A DNA stretch of 64,000 nucleotides from Minutocellus sp. GHC0000111 (lineage: Eukaryota): positions 1,426,001 through 1,490,000 of the forward strand of contig OZ361261.1 of the NCBI GenBank assembly GCA_977018835.1, given 5' to 3'. Position numbers and translations under genes: made by a program. The notes below the pieces were generated by a model, which did not search any database, was not told where the DNA came from, and saw only the letters and a program-made list of their open reading frames with translations. Positions within the stretch are counted from its first letter, which is position 1. Each line of letters starts with the position of its first letter. Positions 1 through 12,314 of the stretch are shown here, in pieces.

Positions 1-3000
1 GTCGTTTCCATCCCAGGAGATCAAATTCCTGAAGAGGGCTTGATCTACAGCATCTGTCCGGGGTCCACCTTCACCTTTTTGGAGGTCGGCGGTGACGCCG
101 CTGTGCTGCCTCCTTTGAGAATCACGAGTAACCACACAACCCTTCGCTGTGGCCAAGAGCTTGAGGACGACGTGGCTTTCGTGGATGAAGAGGCCAGTAG
201 ATGCACTCTTGCTGATGGTCTCAACCATCTCCTCGTAGAGCCGGGCCTGGAGAAGGTCAATGTGGAGCGACTGTACTTTGTCGACACCAGGGAGCTGGGA
301 AATTCCGTCATTGTTCAAAAGCGTCCTCGCACAGTTGAATCGCAAGATGAATTCATCATTGTCGGTCGCGCAATGCCTGTCAATTTTGTTGATTGTACGT
401 GGGAGGGAAACAGGGGCAGTAGTGCTTTGGGGGTTCAACGATTATCGTCTACCGATATGCCTTCGGCGTCACCATCGATGGCCACTGATGAACCAACGGT
501 TGAGACGGATGAGCCAACGGTTGAGACGGATGAGCCGACAATCGATACTGATGAACCCACCAGGAAGCCAACAAGAAGACCGACTAGATTTAGACGCCCA
601 ACTCCCACCCCAACGATGGAGCCAACCTTTACGCCTCTTCCCACTGTGGATGATTGGTGTTTTACGGATTGGGAGCTCTTGGCCGAGGCCGTGGCAACAC
701 AGCCACGAGGTTCGACTTTTCACATTTGCCCCAATACTGTGATGGACCTACGAACAAACTTTACCCAAGGATCGCATCCTGTATTTTATATCAGAAAGAG
801 TAATACCGTGATCAAATGCGGCTTGACGGGGAGAAGGTCAAACACATGCCTCATTTTCGGGAATACCGAGCACTTTGTGTTTGTAGACCGGCCCCGGAAT
901 GTCATCATCGAGGGTCTTACAATGATGGAGACAAACGGAGTTGCCAGCATCATTGTGGCAGGAGACGAACGGGCGAGCGCTACATTCATCGACTGTGCGT
1001 GGTGGAGAAATGAAGGCCGGGCTGTCGTTTTGGTTGCCAACGGCTTATACGCCAGTGACACTGAGGGTGATGACGTTTCTTTGGAAGCCGGGAGACAACG
1101 GGGTGCTTACCTCGCACGCTACGGTTCCGCCTTTGCGCCGCACGATGGTAGACAATTGCAAGGCTCGACGCCAATGCGAGCCGACTTTCAAGACATCCCA
1201 CCGCCGCCAGAAGGTGGGAGCATGACAGTGAAGTTCGAGAACTGTGTGTTCCGCAGCAACATCGTTGAATACTCTGTCATTACCAACTGGGGAGGAAGAA
1301 CCATGTTCAATCGGTCTTATTTCCGCGGCAATCAGGCTGGCGTAAGTGTTTTTGCGTGGTATACTTACTTCTATTTTTCTCGCTCTCAGACCTCCTCTTC
1401 AATACTCACCCATGTGCACCAATACATCTCGTCCTCTTTTTTGCCTTTCTCCAAACCTCAGAGCACCGTTATCGGGGGTTATTACGATGCCGAAGTCTCT
1501 GCTTCAACCTCTTGCTTCATCGAGAACGACGCGAGCTATCCTGGCACTATCTTTATCCGCGGTGCTACCTTGGATCTCAATATTGAGAACTACGCCGATG
1601 GTAACGAAGTTGGTGATTGCCAAGACATTTGGCTGGCTGATGATTGTCCGAACCCCGACGATGTAGACGAATGTCAGGGCATTTTTGAACCTTACACCGA
1701 GATCACCTGTCCGTTGAATCCATTGAATCTGATTGGTATGAATCAAGCCTATGGAGCCATCAACAGCGACGACATCGATAAGGACTGCCAATGCTTACGA
1801 TGATGGTACCGCGGTGGCCCTCGGTCTCGCCATGGCCGAGCAAATGGTAAGGAATCCCCCAGCTCGAAGTGTCGTCTTTCTTTTTGATGATGGCAAGGAG
1901 GGTTGGCGAAATGTCGGCATCCCTCCTCTCGGAGAGACGCTGGTTTGCTCCGAGTTCGCCGAAAGTTCCTTCTATCAGGAAATGCCCGTTAATCTTGCCA
2001 AGTTTGGAGGCGAGGAAACTGTACCTTCCTGCAGAAACTTTCCCATTGGTTTTTCAGCCTGGATTCAGGAACCTACCATTGATTTGTCCAAGGTGAAGGC
2101 TGCCTATTTCGCCGACCCTCTGGGCTTTTCACCCAACGGCGAGGGTATACTCGCGGCGATTGGGGGAGAGATGAGCAGATACGGCGGTACTGGAAATATG
2201 AACACCTTCTTGGACACCGTGTGGCCCGAGGATACTGACCTCACTCTCACCAAAGTCACTCGAAAGGCTGCTGGTAGAGATTTGGGCAGCATTGATAGCG
2301 CAACTATTGACTATGAAGTGTTCTGTGGCACGGGCACTTGTATTAGCGACGCAGGATTTCCGGCAGTTTGGTTGGCACAGCCTGCGCTGCAGAAATACCG
2401 TGAGTGCTGCGTTGGAGGTTGACTTTCATCATTGATTTTATTGGTTCCTTTTGGGGATTTTGCCATATCTCTCACCTCCGTTTCTTAATTATCCATTTCC
2501 CAACTCCTCCCCTCTCCTCTTGGACAGACGGTGGAATAGCAATCAAACGGACAAAGGAGGTCCTTCAGAGTATCTACGAGGCCGATGGCTTGCCTACTGA
2601 TGCGCCCTTGCCCGGAACTGCGTACTTTACTCTCGATAATTTGGCTTCAATGGAACCTGATGACTTGGAGAAGATTGTCGGGCCCATTTATGAGCTTCTC
2701 GTCAATACTGCCAATAGTGATCTTGTTGGCGATCTTGAATATAACTACCCTGGATTGGACCAGTACGCATTCACCGAAGCGGATGTGAACAATGCCATCG
2801 ATGCCATTGGAGCACTCGAAGGCCAGAATACGTTTCCTGATGAGTTCATCTCCGTCTACTCGTCCATTTTGGAGGACACACTGGCGGACCTGGAGGAGGC
2901 GAGGGGTCTTCTTGCTGATGGCAACTCTCAAGTTCAAGATACATTGAAGCTGCTCCTCCCAGAAACATTTGATTTCATTACCATTGTCGACTTTTTCAGC

Positions 3001-6000
3001 ACAGCGTATCCTGAACAAGAGGCCTACGCCGACCAAATCATCAACAGCCCCGTTATGTCAGAGGGAGGTGTGAATAGTGTGTTATTGGGAGATGAAGAAT
3101 CAATGGCGGATGAAATGGAAGACGAAGCTGTTGCCACTACAATTAGTCCGGCGCCGACTGTCACCATGCTGCCCACACCAGCGGTGACCGCCAACTCGAC
3201 CACAATGAACCCAACCATATCGCCCTCTCCTACCGATACGATGCAGCCGACGCCAGCTGAGAGCGCCAACACAACTGCAAGTCCAGCGCCAACTGTCACT
3301 CTCTCTCCTACGGACTCCATGCAGCCAGCTTCTTCAGATACTACTGGCACCTTCGTGGCGGCTACTATCGATGACGATGTAACAATGACCCCGTCAATGA
3401 TCCCGTCAATGGCTCCCTCTTTGAATCAGACAATGTTACCGACACCGGTTGTAAGCACCAACGCGACTACAAGTCCGGCTCCGACGCCAATGGCGACTAG
3501 CAACAATGCGACTACAAGTGACAACACGACTACAAGTCCGGCTCCGACGCCAATGACGACTAGCAACAATGCGACTACAAGCCCCGCCCCTACTGCCACG
3601 ATGTTACCGACACTGGTTGTAAGCACCAACGCAACTACAAGTCCGGCTCCGACGCCAATGACGACTAGCAACAATGCGACTACAAGCCCAGCGCCAACGA
3701 CTACCATGGTACCAACGCCGATTGCAAGCAGCAATTCAACTTCAGCATCTCCTTCAGTTACTCCAGCCCCGGCCGTCTCTTCCTCTCCAACCGACACCAT
3801 GCAACCCACCGAGACAACGGAAAGGGCAAGGAGGTCCCTACAGGCCTTCACCGAGGAATCATTTGGAGAGTCGGCCGACATTTCCCTGCTTCGGTGTTCC
3901 TTCAAAAATAATTTGGTCACAGGTTCTGTGGTATCGGGAGACGGAGGGAGACTTGATGTTCTCGCCAGCTCTTTTGACAATAACGAAGCTTTGGACAGCA
4001 TGGTTGCTTCGTTTAGGGGAATGCTATCAGTAGAAAGGTCCTGCTTTCAGGACAATGTTCACGACGCATCCAACGGCGTGGTCTTCGTCGGCCCCGATGC
4101 CTTTTTGGGCGAGCGTGTCGATAATTATGGAGACGGAAACACAGCCGATATTGTCCTGGGAGACGATTTGCCGACCTCTGAGATGTGCAACGCCATTCTG
4201 GTGAAGTAGGGCGTATCCTGCGGGGTTTTGCCCTCGGAAACCTGCCGAGATCGATGCATACCTTTTGATTCCGATACATGCGTTGCTTCTACAGGTGGCG
4301 GCGTGCAGCCAAAGGGAATTTGTTCTACCGACCCGAATACGGAAGGTTACTCTGATCTTGTTTCTCTTCAACGAGCTCTCGACGAATCCGTTGCGGATGA
4401 TACTAGCATTGCTACGACTTTTGTCCTCTGTCCTTTTACAACCTATTCGTTTGTCGACGAACTAAACCGTCCGCTTGATCCGATACGGATAGAGAGGAGC
4501 GATGTCAAGATTCAGTGCGGTGCCGACGGTGCAAGTACGAATGGCTGTATCTTCGCTGGTGGTTCGAGGCATCTCGAGATCTACAATGGTTCTCTAGACG
4601 TTGTGATCCAAGGTCTTCGCTTTGTGGGATCCACCGAGGTGTCCGTGACAGTTGATGGATCCGATTCGGCAACGTCGGCCTCCTTTATTGACAGCCACTG
4701 GCAAGAGAACGAGGGCACCGAGAACCTTTTGATCCGAGGACCTGGAATGGGCGACGGTCCTTTACCTGGTCCTGACGACGGGGGGCGTGGGGAGAATAGC
4801 GTTGAACCGACATCGAGCCCAACAGTTAGTGACGACGATGCTTTGTTCCCACCAGACGATGACGCCGTCGATCCCACAGCGTCTCCAACAGAGAACGGGG
4901 GCGGTGGTGTGGACGATGATCTGCCGACCGATGACTTCTTCAACTTTGACGGCCGGTATTTGCAGGGAACAGAATGTGGTACCAACGTTTGTGGCACCGG
5001 CGAATACTGCTGTAACGAAAGTTGCAGCATTTGTGCGCCCGACGGCGACTTTTGCATCATGCTGGACTGTAGTGACGCCGGAGTGTCGGTGCAAATCCTG
5101 GGGGGTAGTTCCTTTGTGGTAAGTATGCGTTGGCAGCATCTGGCGAGCTCCTTTCTATGTTCTATTGTGACCTCACTCATCTATATAACAACAACTCTTG
5201 TTCTCACCTAAACCCCCATGCATTTCCTCTTCTTGCTATCGTTCACTTAGCGTAGGACAATGCCGTCGCCAAGTCGGTGGTGGTCAATGACGGCGGTGAT
5301 CTTCAAGTGCACGAGACTGTCTTTCTGCGGAACGAGGCGCTTGATAATGTCGTTTCAACCATCGATGGTATTGTTACTATCACCGACTCGTCCTTCCAGG
5401 ACAATCAGCACACAGCCATCACCGGCGTCGTCTTCGTCGATTCCGACTCAACGCTCATGCGGAATGACAACAACTTTGGTCTGGACAACGAAGATGCAGG
5501 CGGTGTAGATCCCAAGGACGACCACTGTGGAGGGATTTTCGTCGCCGCCTCCTCTTCTTGTGAAGCCGGCTCCGATGATTGCGAGGGATCCTGCGACAAG
5601 TTCAGGGCAAAGGAGCCACCGATTGCCCCTCCTTGTATTTCCGTCTGGGATGACCTTGTGAATAGTATCCGAACTGCCAACGCGGCGGACAGAGGCGCAT
5701 CGATCATTATCTGCCCCTCCACCGAATTCGTTTTGTCAACCGGAGAGGATGAAGACGAAGCAACCCAGCCCGTAATGATTACAACGAGCGGCATCAAGAT
5801 GATGTGTGGTCAGGATGGGCTAAGGGACAACGAATGCACCATCCGCGGTGGCTACGACCACTTTGTGTTGGGTGGCACAGAAATGACTGTAGAATTTTCT
5901 GGCCTCACCATGAAGGCTTCCACTGGCCTCGCATCGGTAATCGCTGCGGCAGATTCACAGTCGGAGGCCATCTTCACCGATTGTCTCTGGGTTGAGAACG

Positions 6001-8779
6001 ATGGATCATCGGCCATCACAATCTACAACCAAGCAGGACGAAATGGATACGAATTCGTCAACCCCCGAACACCAGACGCCGAGCGTTCCGTATTTGACAT
6101 CCTCCCTCCGACACAAGGATCGATGAAGGTCACCTTGGATTTCTGCGATTTTACTGACAATGTCGTCGATCAGGCGGTCATCGTGAACGCCAGAGGAGAA
6201 CTGTCTGTCTCGGACTGTCGCTTCAACTCTAACGAAGGACAAGCTAGTGCTATTGGGGTATTCCACGACGGATCTCTATCCCTTACCAAGTCATGTTTCG
6301 ATGGTAACTCAGGAGAAATCACAGGCTCCGTCTTTATTGAGGCTAGCAGCTCATCCCTTTATGACGCGAAAGATAATTTCGGCAAGGAAAATAGCGTGGG
6401 GTCGACAGGAATTTGCGATGATATCTCGCTGGGTTCCTGTGATCCTCTCACTTCAAGGTGTACCGGCGATTCATCAGTGAGCTGCGAGGAATTCGACTCG
6501 ACTACGTGCCTCGCCAGCGACTACGTCCCTGGAGAACCGACCGACACGCCCAGTTTCGAACCAACCCAGGCACCTGGCCCTGGTCCTCCTCCAAGTGACT
6601 GCTTTGCTACCTGGGAGGACCTGCAGGTCGGGCTCGTTGCTGCCGGATTGTTCAATGACCCCGTTGCCACCCTGTGTCCAGATACTGTATTTGAAGTGCC
6701 CCCCTCTTCGCCGATTGCCATTGCCGTGAGCCGAACGACCATTAAATGTGGTATCACAGGGTCAAGGACGAACAAGTGCACCATCCTCGGCGGTGAAGAA
6801 GGCGCCCAGCACTTTGTCATCAGAGATTCCGTCGCCGATGTGACGTTTGCTGGACTGACATTGGTCGGGGCTAAATCAGAACGCAGCGATCTATCGCAAG
6901 TATCTGCCTCAATTATCGCCGAGGGCTCTTCGTCATCGAGCGCAACATTCATCGACTGCGAATGGGCAGGAAACACTGGATCGGCCGTCGTCATGATCAC
7001 CGCACCAGAAGCAGGCGAGGATGACGGCACCCGAGAAACTGAACGACGTGCACGAGGTCTCGCAGTCAGCGAAGATATCGGCCTGCCAATATTCCGAGGA
7101 AGAACAATGACGGTATCTTTCCGTTACTGTCTCTTTAGCGACAATGATGTTACCTTTGGCGTCGTGACCAATTTAGCTGGCAAGGCGAATTTCTTCGACA
7201 CGCAGTTCCTGGGCAACAGAGCGATTGGGACCACCATTCTTAATTTCTTCGACGCCTTCGTTTCTCTTCAAAACTCCTGCTTCGTTGATAGCGAGAGGAA
7301 CGTTCCTCGGGGCACCGTCTTTATAGAAGATGGTTCGAGCCTAGGATCGAATAGCGATAACTATGGCGTCGGCGATATCGTCGGGCAGACTGCGATAGCC
7401 CCAGAAGGAGGCAACACTTGTTCTGATATCTTCCTGGAGGGTGTCTGCGTTGATTCTTCCGCCACCTGCAGCGGTTTCTGCGATGAGTTCACTGCTACCT
7501 CATGCCGCGCAGCTGAGGCTCCGTTGGACCCATTGACTCCGACGCCAACCCCACCCGGCGATTGTTTCTCGGATTGGGTTGAATTATCGAATGCGATTAA
7601 AATCAACCCTTCTTCGGAGTATGTCGTTTGTCCCGACACGACCTTTGATGTCGGCGCGGAGGACCCGATCGTTTTGGGCGCAAGTCAAGAGAAGCCCACA
7701 ACCCTCAAATGCGGCGAAGATGGTCACACGAAGAATAAATGCATCATCAAAGGTGGTTCGATGCACTTTGAGATTACTGGCTCAACAATTCTGGCTGGCT
7801 TTACTTTGGAGGCGTCTACGCGGATATCCGTGTTGGTATCCGGAGATGCTGCAGATATGGTAAAGTTCTCCAGATGTCGGTGGAATTCGAACAAAGGCGC
7901 AGCTGCTGTCATGACATACAATGAAGAGCTTGGAGAATCAATCCAAGCTGGAGTGAGCCCCGATGATCTCACGAGGCCGAGTGGGTCCTCAGCGGGCGTT
8001 GAATTTGAGTATTGTCATTTCTCGGCGAACGACGTTTCCTTCGGCGAGGTTGTTGCCTTTGGTGCCGAAGTCAAGGTCGATTTCACTGCGTTCTCTGGTA
8101 ATGAGGCTGGGGTTGGCTCCGTTGTCATGTTGGCCGGCGCAGCAGGATCCTTCGCGGAGGGTGCTCTCTACCTTAGCAACTCCTGTTTCCTTGACAACAT
8201 CGCTGTTCTACCGGGGACAGTTTTCCTGGAGGACGACGCGAATGTCAATGTTCTTGCCAACACAAGGAATTTTGGTATCGACAACAAGATTACTTCCGGC
8301 AACAGCTGCACTGACGTATTTTTAGAGCGAGAAGGTTCCTGCCTCGAAGACGTCTCCACTTGCAGCGGCATCTGCATGAGCTTCCAAGAAGATGCCTGCA
8401 ATCCCGAAGTCATGGAGATAATCAACGACGGAACAGATATAAACACAACCGCCCCAACTATTGCCCCCACTCCAGCTCCAAATGGTGGTGGTAAGAATCT
8501 TGGCGTCAAACCGATATCATACGGTCAATCAGGCATCTTTCTCCGGAGCCTGCTCATCGGTCTCTTCTTACTCTCTGGTGGTATTGGAGGATTTGTTTAT
8601 TTGAATAAGAAGATGAAGAACAAAATGGAAAGAGCGCAGTCTACTCCTCCGTTCCATCCCAACGCAACGGAGGGAGCTTCCTAGACAAGTTGCGGATTAA
8701 GAAAAAGAAGAGAGCAAATACATTAGCGGACACTCCAGCATACGAGGAGGAGGACGATGGCCTCGAAGATGGCCTCTAA
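1..8779 (+). CDS. Giant type-I membrane/surface protein with repeated Cys-rich beta-helix-like modules, an M28 peptidase-like insert, mucin-like Thr/Pro repeats and a C-terminal TM helix; 5' end lies outside the window
   Basis: ORFs 40..1803, 2404..4209, 4228..5211 and 5277..8684 share parts of a recurring module (CFxxWxxL...ICPxT...IKCGxxGxxxNxCxIxGGxxHF...FxDCxWxxNxG...SCFxxN). ORF 1751..2422 carries the M28-like insert. Frame-consistent introns are 1342-1461, 2400-2527 and 5119-5255. There is a frameshift ~1790, an in-frame TAG at 4207-4209, and a probable frameshift ~8670 extending the C-terminus to TAA 8779. The TM is IFLRSLLIGLFLLSGGIGGFVYL, followed by a basic stretch. Confidence 0.75.
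3428..3725 (+). repeat. Coding tandem repeats (NATTSPAPTPM; mucin-like)
   Basis: Near-identical nucleotide units such as gcgactacaagtccggctccgacgccaatg and atgttaccgacac(c/t)ggttgtaagcaccaac recur several times. Confidence 0.9.
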
Positions 8780-8978
8780 AGTTGTCATGAGACATTATGT
8801 CGATGGCGCTACTGCATGACATAAATGAATGCTGTTGAGGAAGGAGCAAAAATCTGCACAAAGGGGATAGCAGTAACCTTCCAAACAGCTACTACATACA
8901 TGACATGTAAACTTAGCTTAGTTGATTTATATGAAATAAAAAGCAAATGCGACACAAGCAGTATTTCTACTTTTAACT

Positions 8979-11404
8979 CTAAACCCACTTTCCATCTTTG
9001 ATCAATCGATCGACTACATCTGAGGCGATGTACAGGTCCCACAAAGAACGCCACAGCCATTTTTCGAGGTGCTGATGGTGGTTCCCTTCGCGATCAGAGC
9101 CACCGCCCTTGCTTTTCCATATTTCCAGACAGAAGGACGCATCTGACAACAATTGCAGAACAACATACCGCACGGTAAGATCTCGAACAGCTTGCACTCC
9201 GTCAAATATTTCATCGTCAAGCCTACCCAGAACAAAATCGAAGGCTTCGTATACCTTTACCAAAATTTCTTCCGTATCTGTTGTGAGGCGCAACTTGTTA
9301 TCATCCACACTGAATCGCCGAACCCAACCTTGCTGAGAGTCCTCTGCTTCTCTTTGAATATCCTCCATTCCCAAACAGTGAAAGAACGACATTAAGAACT
9401 TGGTGAGGAAAGCAGGGACCGGTTGAATGGCAGGGGGGCCGAGGTCAAAGAGCCACAGCTTGGAATCGTCGAGGAAAAGATTGTGTACTGCTCCGGCGAA
9501 AAGGGGAAATGCGGACACAAAGGATTGAAAGCGGGTGAGAAGTACAGCAGAAACGATACAGCGAAGGGCCACAATCACCAACAATTGAACAATACTACCG
9601 CAATGTGGACCTGATACTCACATCCAGCATCTGATAATCCAGCATTCCAAACACACTTCCTAGAGGAATCACACTGAACAGAGACAGCACGTCGAATGAG
9701 ACCAAGCCATGAGGAGTGGTCATTGGCGGTGACGATGTCCAATGCGCACCGCTGATTCTCCTTGACCACATCGGCATCAAATATCTTTCTTAGTGGTGTT
9801 CCCTTTTCGAGAAGCTTTGCAAGGAAGCGAGCCGGTATTTTCTCCTCATCTGTTAGAACGAACTTCTTTTCGTTGGGATCCTCGGCAACTTGGCTGCCGT
9901 CACTGACCTCATGATCCTTCTGCATCTCGTCGAAGTAATGACGGAATCTCTCTCCGGTCTTTCTCATTCTAACACATCTTCCCGTTGTGGGATGGTAATT
10001 CTTTTTGATGGACAGGCCGACGAACATGTCGGTTTTCTTTGATACAGCTGCAATGACCCGAGGGTTTGAGTTGGTGCCATCGTTCGACGCCGCGCCCTCC
10101 AATGTCATCAATTCCTTTTCCACATCCTGGATGGCACCCAATTCTTCTGGATGGGTCAATATCTGTAGATTTCGAATGACTCGGATGAACTGATCGGTCA
10201 GCACATGCAGTAATCGCCCATCGTTGGCACACAATTGACCCGAGGTAAGCAACGACGAAGCCGTTCGGGGAGAGTCACCCCCAATTTCGGACTGTCCCTG
10301 CGTAAATTTCCACAAGCGCTCCTCCTGCAGCGATCGCAGTTGCTTCGAGAGATTGTATAGGTTGGTGTATCCCTCCGATCTTTCGCCGAAGCGGACAATT
10401 GCCGGCGTCATTGCCGTCTGTGGTGTAATAAGCTTAGCGCCGGGCAGATGGAGGTCGACGAAGCCGTTGCTAACTTGAACCATGGGCATTGCCATACCGG
10501 CATCATCTCCAGAGAACACTCGCACGGTGCGTTCCGTCTTCTTCCCACCTACAGCCGTCGTTACCTGGAGATTATCCTTTCCCTCTAAATTCTCCCACCA
10601 CCCCAATCCCTTCATGGCCTTGTGCATCAGAAACAGATTCCGAAGCGTACTCCAAAGCTCGGCGCCACGATCCCGACAGTGCCATGGACTGATGTATAGG
10701 AAGCTGAAAGTTGGGATGCGCGTTCGAAAGAATTCCGCGGCGGCTTTGCCACCATTGCCATCGACCTCTTCAAGATCTGACGATGCCCGTGTTACCTTTC
10801 TTCCTCGTTTCCTCAACTCTTCTTCGATGGTGGCCAAGGCGACGTGTTCGGAGGTCTCCTTGGGACCACCGTGCTTCATAACAACATGGCCCAGCTCGTA
10901 GTGATTGATCGAGCCGGAAAACACCGTGGCACCGGATCCACCTCCCATGAGCAGATGCACGTCCGAGAGCGAGGCTGGCACTCGGGCCGAGTTCGGTATG
11001 TTTCCCTCTTTGTTGTCGCTTTTATCGGCACTGCTACTGTTCGTGGCATCAGCATCGTAAAACGTCGGAACAATGGGAGGACCCGCTGGACCGTGCGCGT
11101 TTGGGTGTATCTTTTTCAGCGACAGGTCCGGAACAAATGTCAGCAGGAGCGAGGACGAATGTTCAGCATTGCCTTTGCCGTCATTTTCCTGCAACGTGAT
11201 GAGCAGGCCGGTATGTGGCGGCGCCTCGTAGAGAGGCCTCCGACCTGCTGATGATGGATGCGGGTCTTTTTCATTTTGAGCATGAGCGGCAACACGATTT
11301 GTGCTGCAATTTTCAATAGAAGAGCCAGAGGTCCGAGACGAGGCCATCGTCTCATTGGTGTTGCAGTCGCTGCTGCTAGTGGTCTCGGTCTCCGTTGCCG
11401 CCAT
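8979..11404 (-). CDS. Atypical protein kinase-like protein (2 exons)
   Basis: Intron 9488-9621 (GTGAGT...CAG) joins ORF 9575..11404 to 8979..9584, giving SDAGLHNLFLDDSKLWLFDLG (DxxxxN and DFG-like). Upstream are MGGGSGATVF and VVMK (Gly loop and beta3 Lys). Confidence 0.65.
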
Positions 11405-12314
11405 CTTGCGCTACAGTACATCAAGCGATGGAAGCCGATTGTGTTCGTTCGTCATGGTCCATGTTGGCGGCCGGGCCGGGCCGGGGGGGCGAGCGGGCGG
11501 GGGGGAGCCAAAATTCGGTCCGAACCTCGCCGAGCCAAGCGCAAAAAGCTCCCGAATCTTTCATCTCGACGGCGAGAGCTGCCACATGGCATCTCATCAA
11601 GTGCTAACGGAACAATGACGACCAGACAACGGCACGGCCACGGCCTCTTGCTGGCGTGGAAAACATCATGCAAATCCGCGAGATATTTCATGCGGGTAAA
11701 ATGAGCGAGAGAATTCGTCTATGTTGTGTCACAAAAAATGACTGTACCATGGTACCTTTTGGGGGCTCAAGCGCTGGGAAAGTTGTGGTGATTCCAACGG
11801 TTCTTTTTGCCAGCCGATGATTCAAAGATACGGGGCGAAAAATTATTGCGATTGATCGATAAGCGTGCGAGCTGAAGGGTTATCAAATTTGAATATTCGA
11901 ACCGAAGAATCGTGGTGCCTTGTGTCACGCACGCTGCCTACAAATGATTATTTGTATGTGGAACGCCTCTCTCTTCGCTGGGCGATAATTGATGAACTTC
12001 AGCTTCCCCACGCTCAACGTGCACGAATAAACTAGGCTTACAGAGGAGAGAACATCGGCGATGATCCAACATCATACTTTGGGCTGTGAATGCTAATGGA
12101 TCGCAAACGGCATTCAATGGATATGATACAGAAGCCATGCATTTGACAGTTGTACTTTTGGGCCGACAATCGCTGGAAGACTTGACATTTTTTCAGTGAT
12201 CACACTTTTCTGTTCTGCACCTACAATCTGGACATTCTTCGCCGAAAAAGAACACTAATTCTTTGCCAACACCAAACCATGATAGAAAGACCATCGCTAT
12301 ACACATCTCACAGA

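Noticed and set aside
1342..1461. Hydrophobic 'TM-like' stretches within ORFs (also 13127-13242 and 62915-63040)
   Set aside because: They are introns with GT-AG ends, and removing them restores conserved motifs.
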